The notes beneath the pieces are model-generated. The model searched no databases. It saw nothing but the letters and a program-made list of their open reading frames with translations, and was not told where the DNA came from. A DNA stretch of 64,000 nucleotides, taken from contig NC_043000.1 of the NCBI RefSeq assembly GCF_006345805.1, forward strand, positions 152,024,001 to 152,088,000, written 5' to 3'. Below are positions 50,379-63,300 of the stretch, piece after piece. The DNA is from Octopus sinensis (lineage: Eukaryota). The translations under genes were made by a program, and so were the position numbers. Within the stretch, counting starts at the first letter, position 1; each line of letters starts with the position of its first letter.

Positions 50379-52448
50379 AACAGTAACAATCTGACTGGTC
50401 TTGGTGGCCAGTAAGGATCATGGATTCTGCCTCTTTCTCCAGTCTCAGCAAAGAAGAAAACAAATGAAAAACAAAATAAGACAAAAAGAAAACAACAAAA
50501 AAATGTAGAAACTAAGCCAAAAATGAAACACCCAAGCAGAATATCGTATTTTGTCCCACCTGTGAGGGTAGTGGCTCCCAACAAGAATGAAGTTGAACTG
50601 TAAGAACTTGTCCAGCCCTTGCTAAAGTGATAGGCTAACAAAATAATGATGTGGGTGTGTGTGTGTATGTGTGTATATGCATTTCTAATAAATTAAGATT
50701 GTCAAGCGTAAGAAGAATAATTAATGATGTGTGCTGTTATGACAATTTGACTATAGCCCTACCTTTGAATTGAAGACCAGCTAAAAGGTAATTTCTGTTA
50801 GTCAGGAATGCCAGTGAAAGTAAAGGAACACAAATCGTGCATTAGTTGGTGAAAAGAATGGCATTTTTTTTAATTGTTTGGCGATCAGAACGAAGTTCAC
50901 CTGTTCTGTAGTGAATTAGAGAGCCGTCAAATTCCAGTGTAGCCCAGTTTGTAACGTTAGGAACAATATAGTCATGTAGTTGATGAAATGCCCACATGAA
51001 CCGTAGGTTGCCATATGTTATCCATAAACATTAAAGTTTATTTTAACACCAGATAATCGCTAATAAATACCAGGCATTCTTCAGATTGTTAAGAATCTCG
51101 TTCAACTTAAACATGGTCAGTTGGATAGACAGTCAAGGTCATACGTGTATTAAAATAACCATGGCTACATTTCTTATCAACACTATGAAATGAAATGTGA
51201 TACTTCTTAGGAAATTATATGGTAAAAATAATTTTTAGACATCAAATTGAAGAAGGGGGGGGCCTGTATCGAAAGATAAAATGATCAAGTTTAAATCTCA
51301 CAGTTGGAAAAAGAAGTAATCATAGAATGTTACGATGTGATTAAACACTTTTCCACTAAAATTTGAAGCCTTTAGTTTGTTATAAACCATATTTTAAGAA
51401 GTTGTTTGTAAATGTCAGCAGGTTGTCTGAAAGTAGGTTAACAATTTTTCAAGTTTGTTTAGCCAGACCTATCATCTATATATTAAAGATGGTAAGTTGG
51501 TAATATACTTTAAATCGTTTAGCTAAATGAATTCATTCTTTGATAACTTCGCCAGCCGGTTGTCACTAACTACGCGTGGGTAGGGAGTCCATTCAACAAA
51601 ACCCAGCGAATATAACTCGTGCCAGATAGATTCAGAGTCAGCTCCCTTGTTTACTATAATTAGTTTTATTTATTTTCTTTCTTTGGTCGATTTGTATGTT
51701 TAAAGTAATCACTGTTTCGCCCTAATCGATCAGACCTATCATCAAAGGCATCTCAGCTACGACCACTCCCTTATTTTTATATCTTAGGATTGCATAGTCC
51801 AATTTGTCTTTCCTTAATGCAATAGAGATTGAATATCAGCTGATATCAACAGGCCTATGTCAATATATGAAGAGCCTGCAACACAAACAATCTAACTCCT
51901 TTAAGGCCCTCATGCTTTCCGAAATCCGCCGAAACTACACCTGATTATACATACACTTTAGATGAGTTGTAGTGCACCTGAGCACTGCACACAGTGTTTT
52001 TATTATTATTATTATTATTATTATTACGGCTACTCAATTGCTGTGTCTAGCAAGTTGAATAATCACATAGAAAGCTGCCAATGAATGGCCTTGAAACATT
52101 TCAGAGGTAGGACATACAACCAGGATAATAGCTGTGAGAGAGTAGGTGCTTTTTGCTCGAAATATGATAGTCCTTTGTCACATCAAAACGATTGTTTTGA
52201 GAAATGTCATTTCAGAAAGCTAAGCTTTATTGAATAGTTTATTTGAACTTTATGAAACACAATTCATGGAAAGCCTTTTCTGCTTGTTTTTTTTTATATC
52301 AATGGAATACCAAAGTTAAAGTGGTTCAAAAAATGTAACAAGTACAGGAAATTCCCCGTAGACAACTGCTGTACTTTCAAATGATGTTGTAACCAGAGAT
52401 CTGTCCAAAGGTTTTAAAAAGAGATCGGATCTCAAAACAATGTAGTGA

Positions 52449-52870
52449 TCATCATCATCATTGTTTAACGTCCTCTTTCCATGCTAGCATGGGTTGGACG
52501 ATTTGACTGAGGTCTGGCGAACCTGACTCCAATCTAATCTGGCAGAGTTTCTACAGCTGGATGCCCTTCCTAACACCAACCACTCCGAGAGTGTAGTGGG
52601 TGCTTTTACGTGCCACCGGTACGAGGGTCAGTCTGGCGGTACTGGCAATGGCTACGCTCGAAATGGTGTTCTTTACATACCACCTACACAGGAGCCAGTC
52701 CAGTGGCAGTGGCAACAACCTCGCTCGAATGTTTTTTTTCATGTGCCACCAACACAAGTGCTAGTAAGGCAATGCAGGTAACGATAACGCTCGAATGGTG
52801 TGTTTAACGTGCCATCGGCACGAAGGCTAGCTTGTTGCTCTGGCAATGATCTCACTTGTATGGTACTCAC
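52449..52870 (-). mobile_element. SINE-like family 3
   Basis: Reverse-orientation copy. Confidence 0.8.
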
Positions 52871-53958
52871 TATTCATTATCAGCTGATATCAACAGGCCT
52901 ATGTCAATATATGAAGAGCCTGCAACACAAACAATCTAACTCCAACTAACTGAAGGACTACACTAAGGCAGCTGACACTTGCTTTCATTCACTCATCCTT
53001 TCTCTTACCCTATGACTGTTATAAATCTAGTCAATGTTCTTGCAAATTGTAAAGAAGACAAACTAATTTATCCTCTCCTTTTATTGATAAACTTGAATGA
53101 AAGTCATCTTTGTAACCGTCTCAAATTTAGTTCCTCAATAGCCAACATATATTGCACTTGTTGAAAATTAGATTAATTTTTAACAAGAAATGCACACTCA
53201 CTTGCAAAACAGGAATATCTTTTCCCCACACTAATTGTTTCATGCTATTATAATATAAACAGAAATAGCTGAGTCTCCACAAAATCCTGTAACAAATACT
53301 TGGGTGATTGTTATCTGACAATTATTTAGTAAAGGAAAGCCGGATTTAAACTGATTTGCTTCTTGGCTTATACTAAACTTCACAATACTTTTCTGTACTC
53401 TTACACTAAAGCAGCTCTTGTCCATTCTTAAGTTTGCCTTAAAGGCTTATTCTTATCACAATTATTATTCCTCATATAATGATACTTTAAAACAGCTTGT
53501 ATTTATTTTATACTCAGGTTTTGCTTTGGCAAAACCCAGTGTTATAAACCAGTATTTTCCAACCAGTTTCCTGAAAAATACTAATATGATAAATAGGGTA
53601 AGTATATGCAGATCCGTTTTCAGTTTTTTTTTTTGGAAGGGTGGGGAATTCCATAGTCATTCTTTATTACTTATTACACATCATCATCGTTTAACGTCCG
53701 CTTTCCATGCTAGCATAGGTTGAACAGTTCAACTGGGGTTTGGGAAGCCAGAAGGCTTCACCAGGCCCAGTCTGATCTGGCAATGTTTATACGGCTGGAT
53801 GCCCTTCCTAACGCCAACCACTCTGTGAGTGTAGTGGGTGCTTTTTACGTGCTTCCGGCACAGGTGCCAGACGAGGCTGGCAAACGGTGTATTTCTTAAG
53901 GTTGGTTAAATTCTGGCATCTGAAGACAGTAAGGCGAGCCTACAGGGAAGATAACCTT

Positions 53959-54135
53959 TTAATCCTTTAGCATTCAGATTACTTGGTCAAATTTATTTAT
54001 TCACACTGCTTTGAATTAACTATGCATTATCTTGTGGCGTCAATATATCAATGATGTGATTGTTTATTTTTACATTGACATTGTAAGGTAGGTGTGAGAT
54101 GTTGGATCAGGCCAGTTTGAATGCTGAAGGGTTAA
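53959..54135 (+). mobile_element. piggyBac-type MITE, family B (internally deleted)
   Basis: TTAA-TCCTTTAGCATTCA...TGAATGCTGAAGGG-TTAA. Body similar to the 19406 copy. Confidence 0.72.
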
Positions 54136-54820
54136 TAGAGGTTGTAGATGTATTTGGTTTACTTAAAATAAAATTTCTTAAACTTTATGGCATTTGATGG
54201 ATTTAGAACTGTCAAACCTTTCACAGACAGTTTAATAATTTATTTAATCTTTTATGAAATTTAACTCAATGAAAGAGAAAGAAAAAGATTAAACCTTTCA
54301 TGCAGGCATTCTTTGTGTCGTGAAATATATTTGAAAGAAACCCCATAGTAAAAAGATTAGGAAATGCTGCCATAAATAATGCAGACTTGATTAAAATCTT
54401 GTTACATGTATTGATTTCTAATATAGGAACAAAGGTCAAAACCATTGAGGAGAGCTTTAATGTTTATATTTGATTGGTATTTTATCAACTCCTAGATGGA
54501 GGAAATACAGAGCTGACCCCTATAAGATTTGAACTCAGAAATAACAAGAAATTTTTTCTAGAGCTCTACTAATTGTCTGATCTATTATCCTCTTGTTACA
54601 AATGAGTGCTTCCAGACATAAGGCCTCAAATTTGGTGGATAGGTATACTTGATGAAATTGACTCATCCCAGGAGGAAAGGCAATTTGGGATTTGAATTCA
54701 AAAAGTAAATCGGAGTGAAATACTGCAAAGCATTTTGTCTGTTGCTTTAATAATTTTACCCTATACACCACCCTATAAATAATATTGGTTTTTTAAATTA
54801 AGCACAAGGCCTTAAATTAG

Positions 54821-55140
54821 ATCATCATCATCGTTTAACATCCGTTTTCCGCGCTAGCATGGGTTGGACGGTTCGACCGGGGTCTGGAAAGCCAGGGGCT
54901 GCACCAGGCTCCAGTCTGATCTGGTAGTGTTTCTACAGCTGGATGCCCTTCCTAACGCCAACCACTCTGCGAGTGTAGTGGGTGCTTCTTACGTGCCACC
55001 TGCACAGGTGCCAGGGGGGGGGTCTGGCATCGGCCACGTTCGGACAGTGCTTTTTATGTGCCACCGGCACAGAAGCCAGTCGAGGCAACGCTGGCAACGG
55101 CGACGTTCGGATGGTGCTTTTTATGTGCCACCGGCACGGT
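54821..55140 (-). mobile_element. SINE-like family 3
   Basis: Reverse-orientation copy. Further copies lie at about 49680-49866 (+), 53679-53888 (-) and 32900-33090 (+). Confidence 0.83.
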
Positions 55141-55664
55141 TTTATTAATTTTATCATTTGGTTGGTACTTATTTTATCATTGCTGGGAAAATGAAAGCGG
55201 AACTCATCCTTGACAGAAACTGAACCCAGAACACAACCAACTCCAGCATGGCATATGGATGAAGGCAACAGAGAAAGAAAACAACTAATACTTTTATTTT
55301 TTCATATTGCATGGGTTTTGTCGGTAACTTAGATCTGGTCTACTCAGCAGAGAAATGTCAAAGAAAAAAAACAAAAAACATTAAAGAATCAATTAAGTTT
55401 ATTTAGCCTTGTTTTACAAAGTGTATTTTAAAATTCAATTCCTACTATAGCACTGCATAGGAAAGAATTATATGTGTTATTGTATAAAATTTTACCATTG
55501 TCCTCTAAGTGATTTCACTGGATTTCTAAAAAGTGAAAACTAAAAATAAAAAAAGAAGTGTAAAGTTAGTCAAAAGTATTTTCTGAAGTCTTAAAGGATG
55601 TACCAAGCAAGTGAAAACAAAACAAAACAACACCAGAAAAACAAAGACAAAAATAACATAGTCA

Positions 55665-55997
55665 CATCATAATCATCATCATCATCATCGTTTAGCGTCC
55701 GCTTTCCATGCTGGCATGGGTTGGACGGTTCAACTGGGGTCTGGGAAGCCAGAAGGCTGCACCAGGCCCAGTTTGATCTGGCAATGTTTCTACGGCTGGA
55801 TGCCCTTCCTAATGCCAACCACTCCATGAGTGTAGTGGGTGCTTTTTACGTGCCACCGGCACAGATGCCAGACGAGTCTGGCAACGGCCATGAACGGATG
55901 GTGCTTTTTATGTGCCACCGGTACGGGGGTCAGGCGAGGCTGGCAACAGCCACGAACGGATGGTGCCTTTTACGTGCCACCGGCACGAAGCCAGTCA
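55665..55997 (-). mobile_element. SINE-like family 3
   Basis: Reverse-orientation copy. Confidence 0.83.
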
Positions 55998-56189
55998 CAG
56001 ACAAATAAAACTAGACAGCATACATTATAAGTAGATTTATCAAAGAGGCCAGTCAACAAAATTTCTCTCAACTGCAATGATGTGACAATGGAAGCAACCG
56101 TAACTGGAATCATGCAGGTCCTGCAGAACATTCCCATGATCACTGCTCCCAAAAAATTCTTAGTGCTGTGAGGCAGTTCCCACTTTCAA

Positions 56190-57140
56190 TGACACTTTAC
56201 TCCAAGAGGTTCAAATCAGAAAGTCACATGATCATGAAAATTCAAGGTCAGTCACTTCTGGGTTGTGAGGTCCATGTGGGAAGGAGCAGAATTCCATTGG
56301 AACATGAACTCTCTCTCCTGGCACTAAACCCTTGATCTAAGCTAAGGCTTGAATGCTGTGTCCAGTATCTCAATGTAGGCTGTAGCATTGGCACCAGGGT
56401 CCTTCAACAAGAAGGCAGTATGACATAGCCCTCATTATTCACAGCCCCCAAGACTATCAGAGAGGACTGGATCTTGCTGTGCATCACACACTACAGGTAC
56501 CTTACATGGGGTCTGTGTAGAGCAGCTCATTGATTCTCCTGCTTACCTCTGGTCTTAATCACAATTCCTCTCATCAGAACTAGATTGTGATGGATTTCTT
56601 ACGGTAATTAAACTTGCTCAGTAAACACTGATTGAATCATATTCTCCCAGGTCTTGCCAGATATGATCTGCTGATCCTTATTATATGGAACTTGTACCTG
56701 ATGTCCTCATACACCACATGTTTGATAGTGGACTGCCACCTTGAGCTGCTTGGTGATGGCCTGAATCATCTTGAATCATCTTGTTGAAGTTAGTGATAGG
56801 GTATTAGATTTACTGAACAAGCTCGGTTGTCCTGACAATGTCAGACTGCTGGTCATGTTTTTCTTGGCCATAGATGACATAACCCCATCAGAAGCTCCCA
56901 CCTCTTTCCTAACCTTGAACATGAAGGACCTGACTACATTCAAGAAGCTAGTACTCTTTGAGTTGCTGTTATTGTCAGCTAGAGCCACGTGCATGACATG
57001 CATTTTTACTTCCTTTGTCAGATTGAAATTTGCCATGTTGATACTGTTAATACAGAGAAAGGGACAAAATTAAAATTTGGCAAACATTAATGTTAGGTTG
57101 TCTTCTGTTTTATGGCCATTTAAATTGTGTTGACAAATAC
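56190..57140 (-). mobile_element. Decayed Tc1/mariner (maT/DD37D-like) transposase fragment
   Basis: Minus-strand fragments MANFNLTKEVKMH...FLNVVRSFMFKVRKE, EDIRYKF, IVLGAVNNEGYV and TQK*LTLNFHDHVT resemble maT-type transposases. Heavily frameshifted. Confidence 0.6.
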
Positions 57141-57278
57141 CCAGCATGTCTTGCAAACAACTTGCACATGTAAGTGCTACCAGTTAAAAGCTCCGTATAC
57201 CGGAAGCTAGCAAGTGTATGGGGTCATCAGGAGAGAATGCGCGCTGTTTCAGGGCCTACCTCTCGACGGCATCAATGC

Positions 57279-58033
57279 GCACCGGCCCCCCTCACTGATA
57301 GGAGACCCCACTTGCTAGATCAGCTGGTTATCAAGTTAAGCTCAATATCCTGCTAGCCATCGCTCATTGTCTCTTTTTAACCAAATCCAGTGGCTAGCCT
57401 TCTCCGCTGTAGATTGGATATCAGTCATGGCACAGGCCCCCCTCACTGATAGGAGGCCCCACTTGCTAGATCAGCTGGTTATCAAGTTAAGCTCAATATC
57501 CTTCTAGCCATCGCTCATTGTCTCTTTTTAACCAAATCCAGTGGCTAGCCTTCTCCGCTGTAGATTGGATATCAGTCATGGCACAGGCCCCCCTCACTGA
57601 TAGGAGGCCCCACTTGCTAGATCAGCTGGTTATCAAGTTAAGCTCAATATCCTTCTAGCCATCGCTCATCGTCTCTTTTTAACCAAATCCAGTGGCTAGC
57701 CTTCTCCGCTGTAGATTGGATATCAGTCATGGCACCGGCCCCCCTCACTGATAGGAGGCCCCACTTGCTAGATCAGCTGGTTATCAAGTTAAGCTCAATA
57801 TCCTTCTAGCCATCGCTCATCGTCTCTTTTTAACCAAATCCAGTGGCTAGCCTTCTCCACTGTAGATTGGATATCAGTCATGGCACCGGCCCCCCTCATT
57901 GATAGGAGGCCCCACTTGCTAGATCAGCTGGTTATCAAGTTAAGCTCAATATCCTTCTAGCCATCGCTCATCGTCTCTTTTTAACCAAATCCAGTGGCTA
58001 GCCTTCTCCACTGTAGATTGGATATCAGTCATG
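57279..58033. repeat. Tandem array, 5 x 151 bp
   Basis: Motif ctcactgat recurs at 57291, 57442, 57593, 57744 and 57895 (last copy ctcattgat). Copies differ at only a few sites. Confidence 0.95.
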
Positions 58034-59933
58034 GTGGTATTGACCTTACGATGAGTTAGGCCTAGCAATAACAACAGTTGTCTCACAGGCAATTTCAACT
58101 TTTAGAATGCTGAAATTAAGGAAGTGACAGTGTTTATTAAAAGGTATAAAATCACTGTATTTGATGGAATATAAAATGCATTATTCAAAAATAAAAAAAA
58201 AGTCTTAAAAAAGGAATCACCTCAGGTTCTCTATGTGAAGTTGAACCCCCCCATAAGTTTTAATGCAGTAAAAACTTTTTTTTATCCGAATATGCAATGC
58301 AGAAATTACATCGAATATGCCTATGTGTCTTTTATGCCATCAAAAACAGTACCTACATATGTGTGTATATGAAATTATTCTTTAAATTCTAATAAAGTCA
58401 AACAATTATTACACATGTCATTAACATTTTCATATTTATTCAGGCAAAGCTAAGACTAGTGCCTAAAGATCTCTTAAAAACATATTTTCAAAGACTGAGC
58501 CTTAATTATAGATCAGTTCCAGATCAGCCTTGGACCAAGAGACCTAGAGTGTTCAGCATAACCAGCCAGTCTCTTTTTTTTTTCAAGCAAAATGCAATGT
58601 GACCTTCCTTTGTTTAAGATATCAAAGGAAGTTGGCTTCTGTTTCTAGCAGGCCGAGCCATTGAATAAGAGCAGAGACGGAGATGTATTTATATGTGTGC
58701 GCGGAGGAGGTGGGGAGGATAATACTTATGTACCTTTCAGCTCAAAGACGTGGGGAAGGAGATTATAACGTCTAACCAGCCCTTCCTTCGAAACCTTAGC
58801 CTCATGGGTCGCAGCGCCCCTTAGGTCTTAAAAACTCATTTCCTTTGTTGGATTCCTTCGTTGGTTAGAATCGAGACATGGCTGTTGTCTATAACATCAG
58901 GTTATCTCTAATCAAAAACCATTCTAACCGGAACCATCCCGTCTTTTATTCAATGTGTCCTTTTTCTCAAGATTGCCTGCCATGACCTGATGGCGACGTG
59001 GTTGTTAGGAGGTCAAGCTGCCATATAACAAACCACCACCACCCCTCTCAGCAGGCTCGGTGAAACAATATACGTGGTGGGTGGAATAAAGGCTAAAACG
59101 TGAAATATATTCGCCAAAATTCAAATGTTCTATTCTTAATAGTGTAACGAAGCAAAATCTTAGCTGTTTATTTATTATACGAAGGCATCAACTGATAGAA
59201 TGTATAGGAGGAAACTGTACTCCAAGTGAAAATTCGAAAAGATTCGAATTATTTCTATATATGTGGCGGAATTCTAATTTTATTTTTACACGATGGCAAA
59301 ATTTAGCTTCATATTATTTGAATCGGAATTGAGAAATTGGTCACCGATCATAACTTTAGGAACGGTTCCTAACAGCTGGACCCGTAACCCTGAACAGAGA
59401 GAGAGCACTGCAGTAACGAATGCAATATGTATATATATATTTATATATACACGTATATAAAACATCAAATCCAACGGAAATTTAAATTTTAATTAACAGC
59501 ACATTTTTTTTTTTTAAAGATTATTGCATTCCAGCGTTTTTTGATGCGCAGTTTTGACGAGTACCGAATAAAACTTGGTATATTTTAATAATTGTTCCCC
59601 CCATCAAAAGCATTAAATGCGAAAAGTTCACTTCTTTGAATGAAATTTGCATTAAAATATAAATAAATAAATAAATAAAAAGAATTATAAAAGTTTTATT
59701 TTTTTAATTAATATTTTTTTTTTCTTCTTTACTGCATAAAAAAAATAATTAGGATATTGACACGAAATATGTTTCTGAATAAAAATAAAAATAATACACA
59801 AGAAATAATACATACACCTGTAGCTATTATTTAATAACTGAGAAAAAAAAAAAGAGGCTTCTTAACACGAATAAATAACGTCAAATAATATTAAATATTT
59901 ATTCATACCACGTATGCACACGGGCACATACCC

Positions 59934-60127
59934 TCACACACACACACACACATATACTCTCTCTCTCTCTCACACACACACATATACTCTCTCTCTAACA
60001 CACACACACACGCATATACTCTCTCTCACACACACATATACTCTCTCTTACACACACACATATACTCTCTCTTACACACACATATATACTCTCTCTCTCT
60101 CTCACACACATATATATATATATATAT

Positions 60128-60174
<47 letters not shown>

Positions 60175-60200
60175 TTCATGCAGACACATATATACATATA
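59934..60200. repeat. Compound CA/CT/TA microsatellite upstream of CDV3
   Basis: Repeating (CA)n-TATA-(CT)n units followed by (TA)n. Confidence 0.92.
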
Positions 60201-60339
60201 GAGGTATCACACATAAATAATAAAAAAAAAAAAATAATAATAATAATAATCAAGGGGGTGTGCAAGTAACTTACAATTAATAATTCTGCTCCTCACCCAA
60301 GAGGAGTTCTTGAAAAAAAAAAAGAAAAAAGAAAAAGCT

Positions 60340-60560
60340 CTGCTCAAAGTCCGCACCAAACCATATCCGGATCCGCCATCCTGAGAGAAGCCCGAAGTCA
60401 GAGCAGAGAGCAGCAACTGCCGCTTTTTACGTATTTGCCATTCACCCTTTTTTTTTCCTCCTCCTCCTTCTGCTGACGACCCATTCCCACCACAAAAGCG
60501 TGGCAACACTTTAAAAAAAAAAAGCCCCCTTTCAGCCAGCACTTAACAAATTAATTTAAA
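60340..60560. promoter_or_regulatory. CpG-enriched promoter / 5' UTR region upstream of CDV3
   Basis: Local GC and CpG enrichment against an AT-rich background, YY1-like CCGCCATC at about 60373-60380, and a pyrimidine tract at 60445-60470, immediately upstream of a start-codon exon. Confidence 0.55.
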
Positions 60561-60652
60561 GTGAACCCTGCCTTGTCGTCGTCGTTCTATAAACTATTTT
60601 CTTTCTTCTTTAAAAAAAAAAAAAATCCTCTCCAAATCTTTTTCCTCCAACA

Positions 60653-60838
60653 ATGGCAGACAGTAGTCTTGACGATTTTTTCGCTAAGAAGGACAGAAAT
60701 AAAAAGAAATCCAAGCAGAAAACAGCACCTTCTTCTGAATTCATAGCCCAACCAGATACAGCGACCCGGAAAACGAAAAAAAAGCCCGAGAAAGAGAAGC
60801 AATCCAGCGGCAATGTGGCCGGAACACAACCTTCAGAA
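60653..60838 (+). CDS. CDV3: CDV3 homologue, first coding exon
   Basis: acaATGG Kozak context. MADSSLDDFFAKKDRNKKKSK matches the conserved CDV3 N-terminal SLDDFFAK(K/R)DKKKK motif. Donor GAA|gtatgt at 60839, phase 0. Later exons are not evident in the window. Confidence 0.88.
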
Positions 60839-61154
60839 GTATGTATAAATATGGCTCCTAACATTTCAATCTCTCTTCTTCTTTTTGTTTATTCTGAAAA
60901 AGGCAGCTGTCGGTCTCTATTCTATTATGAACCGGTCTTTTAGGTACAGACATCGCCTATGTGTCTGCATCTATCTATGTCTGGTTAACATATGGCTGCT
61001 TGGCTGCCTATTTCAACCTCTCATTACCAAATATATATCATTTAATTCCATTCTTCGCCATAAATTTCTACTTACACACACACACATATATATACCTGTA
61101 CCAAATACACACACACATACATATAAATATATATATATATATATGTATGTATGT

Positions 61155-61386
61155 ATACTAATTAATTAAGGGTTCGGCAACGATTCGCCTCACCACGTAC
61201 CGAATTTAGAAATAGCAGTCAAAAAGTTTTGGCTATTCTTTCTACTTAAAAAGGGCGATCCCAGTAAAACCAAAGCACTGGGATCGCCCTTTTAAGTAGA
61301 AAGAATAGCCAAAACTTTTTGACTGCTATTTCTAAATTCGGTACGTCGTGAGGCGAATCGTTGCTGAACCCTTAATTAATTAGTAT
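61155..61386. repeat. Near-perfect inverted repeat in CDV3 intron 1
   Basis: Arms 61155-61265 and 61277-61386, 11-nt loop, two substitutions and one 1-nt indel. Confidence 0.92.
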
Positions 61387-61874
61387 TAATTAAACCTTCC
61401 TTGAATGGGTCTTTTACATACCGAACTCTACCTGGTGAAATTAATGATTATTTCTAAATTAATTAATTTCACCCTATATTATTGATAATTATATGTATGT
61501 ATATATGTTCACTGATTCATAAAACCCTAGGCATACGTACCACACCATACGCTTAATTCCCAATAATGTCAAACCACGAGGTTAGCTTTAAAACACTCAA
61601 ATTCTACGCCGTTTGCTGTATATATCCACCCACTGCAATCTTTCTACACTCCAGTTGTACAATTTTTATAATAAACTTAATTCATTTCCCCCGCTAAAAT
61701 ATTTAGACATTATTCTATACATTAACAAGAATTCCGGAAACGTTAAAAACTTAATTGCTTGATCACGTGTATAGCAATCTGTGTACGTCACTAAAATTTT
61801 GATCAATCTTTTTACCAAGATCCTTTATTTTCTTTTATTTAATTCACTATTTTTGTGGTTTTGTGGTTCAATTA

Positions 61875-61907
<33 letters not shown>

Positions 61908-63300
61908 TATATATATAACCAGAATCAACAGTTAGAATTACCATTGCTTAATTAATCCAACTAATGGTTTGTCCATCGAGAGTTTTAAGCAGAACATGTC
62001 AAGTTCCCCTTGTCTAATTTCCATTTGAACCTCTTGTCTTGCCAACATGTTTTACGAAGCTTGTGAAGTGCATGAACATCACAACTTCGTATTGTCTTAG
62101 GCTTCAGAATCTTTATATTTATTATTATATAGGTAATAGGTACCGAAGCCTTTCTAGGTATGGAAAATTCCTTTAAGTTCGAATTTCCCCTGGGTATAGT
62201 TTTAATGACCCGGTGAGCACATCGTAATTTACCACCGTTACGTCGATGTATTCTAGCTAGTAGAGACCGTAATGCGGTTTCGATTCCCTTCTAAAGCAAC
62301 TTTATTACTTATGTCGTTAGAAAATTCCTTGACATCTCGTTTTCCCGATACCCTGAGTATGAGAGTATGTTTGATAATTGTCATTTTGTCATTTCATTAA
62401 TTAGGTTTTAACTTTTGCTTTTTATCAAGTGTGAAGCACATTTTTATAGTTAGAAACATGGGCAGATAAAAATTGATTTTCGAACTAGAATATACATGTG
62501 TGTTACGGTTAAAAAGTTACGATTTTCTTCCAGAAGTGATACATTCTACTTTTCATTTTTACACGAAAAGGAAGATTGTGTGTGTGAAAAGAGGGAACAG
62601 CAATTGTCTCACACATACGAGGAAAAAAAATGCAAGGGAATGTTAGACATTTGTTAGTATTTAAATACATTGCAGTTAAAATGAATGTATTTTTAAAATG
62701 TGAGCTTCACGAGGAAATGACTAACCCATGACATTTGATTTTGAGGAAGAATATAGTAGAAGTTCAGTGTTTTGGAAAGGCTGCACACACTCGAGAGAAA
62801 AGCATTAGCCACATCATTTCCACCAATTTTTTGTGCCTACTTTTCCATGCGTTTTGCATGTATTACAACACATTCCTACACATTTTAAGATGTCATTTCT
62901 TCTGTGAGGTGTACAATTTTAAGATGTCCTTCTTTTCTGCATTTCTGCAGGTTCCCTTGATTTGATTATTGTATTAATAGCTTCCCCTGCAAGCAGGTAG
63001 CTGGCTTTATGTTGCAATCCTACCTCTCACAACTCAGGCATGCCATGTCTTAATTCTACAGATATATTTGGTAGGATTTTCATAACTGAATAAATACCCT
63101 TCCTATTGTCAGATGGTGGCTAGTATTGAGGTATTTGTAAATAGTAGGTTTAACAAAACTTACATTTTCACACTTATTATTATGCATTATTCAGTTTTAA
63201 TGTCAGGAAAAGTTATTTAAGGTTTCTGCAAATATTTGTTTTGTATCTTAGGTTATTGGTGAGCACTGTTAAATGGTTGACCAGTAAATTCTTAACAACT

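Noticed and set aside
53518-53598. Plus-strand exon-like segment (tactcag...gg|gtaagt)
   Set aside because: No upstream or downstream partner exons and no homology. It overlaps equally plausible minus-strand splice motifs, so it may be chance.
57279-58033. CRISPR-like array
   Set aside because: Units are fully repeated with no unique spacers, there are no cas genes, and the context is eukaryotic.
57279-58033. Hammerhead retrozyme array (ctgatagg motif)
   Set aside because: CUGAUAG does not match CUGANGA, and no correctly placed GAAA or stems occur on either strand.
61320-61425. Hammerhead ribozyme in the CDV3 intron hairpin arm
   Set aside because: The core reads GTCGTGA/GTGGTGA and GAAC, missing several invariant catalytic bases.
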